Origin: Flectonema sp. DT1601
Taxonomy: Eukaryota
Direction of reading: 5' to 3'
Length of the DNA stretch: 64,000 bases
NCBI GenBank assembly: GCA_964019425.1
Contig: OZ025797.1
Location: 1,116,001-1,180,000 of the forward strand
Shown: one piece after another, positions 61,772 to 64,000 of the stretch
Layout of the letters: each line of letters starts with the position of its first letter
How positions within the stretch are numbered: the first letter of the stretch is position 1
The notes under the pieces: model-generated
The model's database searches: none
What the model was told of the DNA's origin: nothing
What the model saw: the letters and a program-made list of their open reading frames with translations, nothing else
Translations under genes and position numbers: made by a program

Positions 61772-61984
61772 AGCTTTCAACACATAACAACCAGGGATAA
61801 TTCTCAGTAAGGCCGCAAACCGCCGTCACCGTGAAGCTGCTACAAACATAACCCAACAAACAAGCAATTCCTCCAACTTTTTTCACATGTCGTTACTCAC
61901 CTCGGACACACTCAGCCAGCCAGAGCTTCTCGATGATTTATCATCGTCCTGTTGAAAGGGAAGGGCTAAGCATAAGATTTGTTG

Positions 61985-62553
61985 TACTGCAACTGGAAAT
62001 ATTACTGCGCGGAAAAAACCGCACTAATTTTTCCACGCAGTAATATTTCCACCGCACTAATTTTTTCTATTCTTTCTTTTTTTTTTTTTTTTTTTTTTTC
62101 TCTACCTCTCTCTTAATTCTGTTCGTTTCTTTGAAACGAAAATTCATTTGAATATTATTCCTTGGTCAGCAACCATCATTGTCGCCCTTTGGGCCTGTTA
62201 AAAAAAAAAAAAAAATAAAAAGAAAGTTTACGTCGGGAATAGGGCAGGAGCCAAAAGCTCCCAGTCCGTTACTTCCCACTTATCGAAATTCAACCAAATC
62301 TGCAAAAAACCGCACTAATTTTTCCACGCAGTAATATTTCCACCGCACTAATATTTCTGCTCAGAAGTGATTTTTTCTCCAGATGCATTTTTCTGCTGGT
62401 GCCTTACACAGCAAAAAAGCAACCAAATTTTTTTCTACCACCAAGTGGAAAAAACCGCACTAATCTTTTCTCAAAAAAACCGCACTAATTTTTCCGCGCA
62501 GTAATATTTCCCCGCAGTAATTATTCAGCGCAGTAATATTTCCAGTTGCAGTA
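61985..62553. mobile_element. MITE with perfect 26-bp terminal inverted repeats, containing a third partial copy of the palindrome-arm sequence
   Basis: TACTGCAACTGGAAATATTACTGCGC ... GCGCAGTAATATTTCCAGTTGCAGTA; internal AAAAAACCGCACTAATTTTTCC repeats; ~62095-62290 matches ~58560-58755. Confidence 0.85.
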
Positions 62554-62772
62554 ATTTAAAATAACAAGAGTGATAATTGTGATCCAAATTTTCTTAAAAG
62601 GGTTGATTCATTGTGGTTACACAAAACTAAATAAAAAAGTGAAAAGTATTCATGTTTTTTCTTATTCTTTCTTCTGTCTCTTCCTTGCCTTGTCAGCACC
62701 CTTGCGCTTTTTTTTCTCGTTTTCTTTCTTCTTCTTTCTCTTCTTTTTCTTCTTTCTCTCTTCGTTTTCTTT

Positions 62773-64000
62773 TTATTCTTTTCTGCCTCTTTCGCCGTTT
62801 CGGTGAGGCTTAGTTATTTCGCGTTCACCATAAACTCGCAGCCGTTTTACCCTTGAGCGACCTATGGATCTCTTTACTAGAGGAGGTTTTGTTTCATCCG
62901 CTTCCAGCTCAGGAAGTCCGAGCCCCAAGGTTGGGACAGGATAGGTGTACACCTTTGCTGCTGTTTTTGCCCACAATTTCTGATTTACGAAACTGTAGGC
63001 CGCATCCAACGGCTCCCGATCACTAAACTGCTCAATGGCGGACATAGCATGTGAGCACGGAACACCGTACTCTTGGAAAGTGCTGCATGTGCAGCTCAAT
63101 TCGTTGAGATCTGCAGTCCATCTCCACTCCCCATCCTCCACCTCATACACCCCCTCCCTTACCCTAGTCGCCATGTGGTCCTTCCGTGCCGTAGCGTAGT
63201 TTGCCTTCAAGCTGCTGCGTACCCGCTTGACAGGGGCAAGGGATCGCAGCTTGCTACAACCTTCTACCTCTGCAGCAAACTCCTCCATTCTCGTCACTGC
63301 TTTGTGCAGAGCGTGTCTGCGAGTTCCCTCCATCAGGTCAATATAGTTTAAACCCCGAAGGGGGACTAGGACCGCGTTCAGAGACTCGGCTATATTGCTC
63401 GTTGTGTGACCGCAGCGGGGGTGGGGAATGTGGGCTTGGCAAAAGGTACCTAGTTCTTGTGCAGACACATAGTCAGCTGCACGCTTGGAGATTTTCTTAA
63501 GCTCTTTAAGCAACTCTTTGGCTTTAGCAGTGGATCTTGCATGTACTAATTGCTTGTACACCAAGAATGCTGCCTTGCCGTGCAGCTTTAATACGTTTCT
63601 GCCCATGTGGGCAGTGCAAAGACAGTGTGTCGTTGCCAGTCGTGAAGACACATTTGACACGCCCTTGAACTTGTCAGAAATACTAACGACACCTGTACGA
63701 AACACTGAGTTTCCAATCCAATCTTTGTGCAGCTTCACAAAAGTGGACCACCCGTCCTTGTTTTCATTTCCCTCCGATATCATAAATATCAGTGGAAACA
63801 AGTGGCTGTTGGCATCAACGCCAACGGAGACGTACAAAACACCCTTGTACTTTCCTGACAGGTGTGTCGCGTCGAAGGCGAACACGGAGCGAAGAAATTT
63901 CGCTCCTCTGCGAGAGTGTCCGAAGGACCACGCCGCCTTATTGAATCGACCGTCTTCGTCGATTCTCAACATGGTGCGGCTTTCACAGTCCGCGTCCTCC
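62773..64000 (-). mobile_element. Mutator-like (MULE) DDE transposase with SWIM zinc finger; 5' part runs off the window
   Basis: FAFDATHLSGKYKGVL..VGVDAN (D1), ISDKFKG (D2), HCLCTAH (CxxH), TTSNIAESLN (E), SWIM CTC...GVPCSHA, GRSRVKR. Confidence 0.92.

Overview
Eukaryotic protist DNA, very probably a diplonemid (Euglenozoa). It carries a 39-nt euglenozoan-type spliced-leader (SL) exon copy, short GT-AG introns, and every host gene on the minus strand. Host genes: ferric reductase, ZNFX1-like helicase/triple-AAA protein, DUF501, Cys-rich secreted protein, RPL13A, carnitine/choline acyltransferase, BRCT-FHA, vWA, ketopantoate reductase, plus a tRNA-Ser(AGA) on the plus strand. The centrepiece is an apparently intact ~18.6 kb CRE/SLACS-clade non-LTR retrotransposon (19636-38283, minus) with a poly(A) tail and a probable short TSD. 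Its single 4730-aa ORF reads signal peptide/vWA-like, 29-aa repeats, zinc fingers, OTU, RT, RLE, two USP-like peptidases, two RNase H1 hybrid-binding domains and a C-terminal Cys cluster. Its 5' end is the complete SL exon, joined exactly at the AG of a polypyrimidine-AG acceptor that recurs in every unit of a 288-bp tandem array. The ~4 kb leader has no ATG, and the insertion lies 64 nt upstream of the tRNA gene. This suggests a promoter-less retroelement matured by host trans-splicing that carries a stock of spare acceptors. The window also holds decayed ingi/I-like LINEs, a TATE-like remnant, hAT and MULE transposases, MITEs and a 1.1-kb palindrome. All domain calls are from motif recognition by eye, not database searches.
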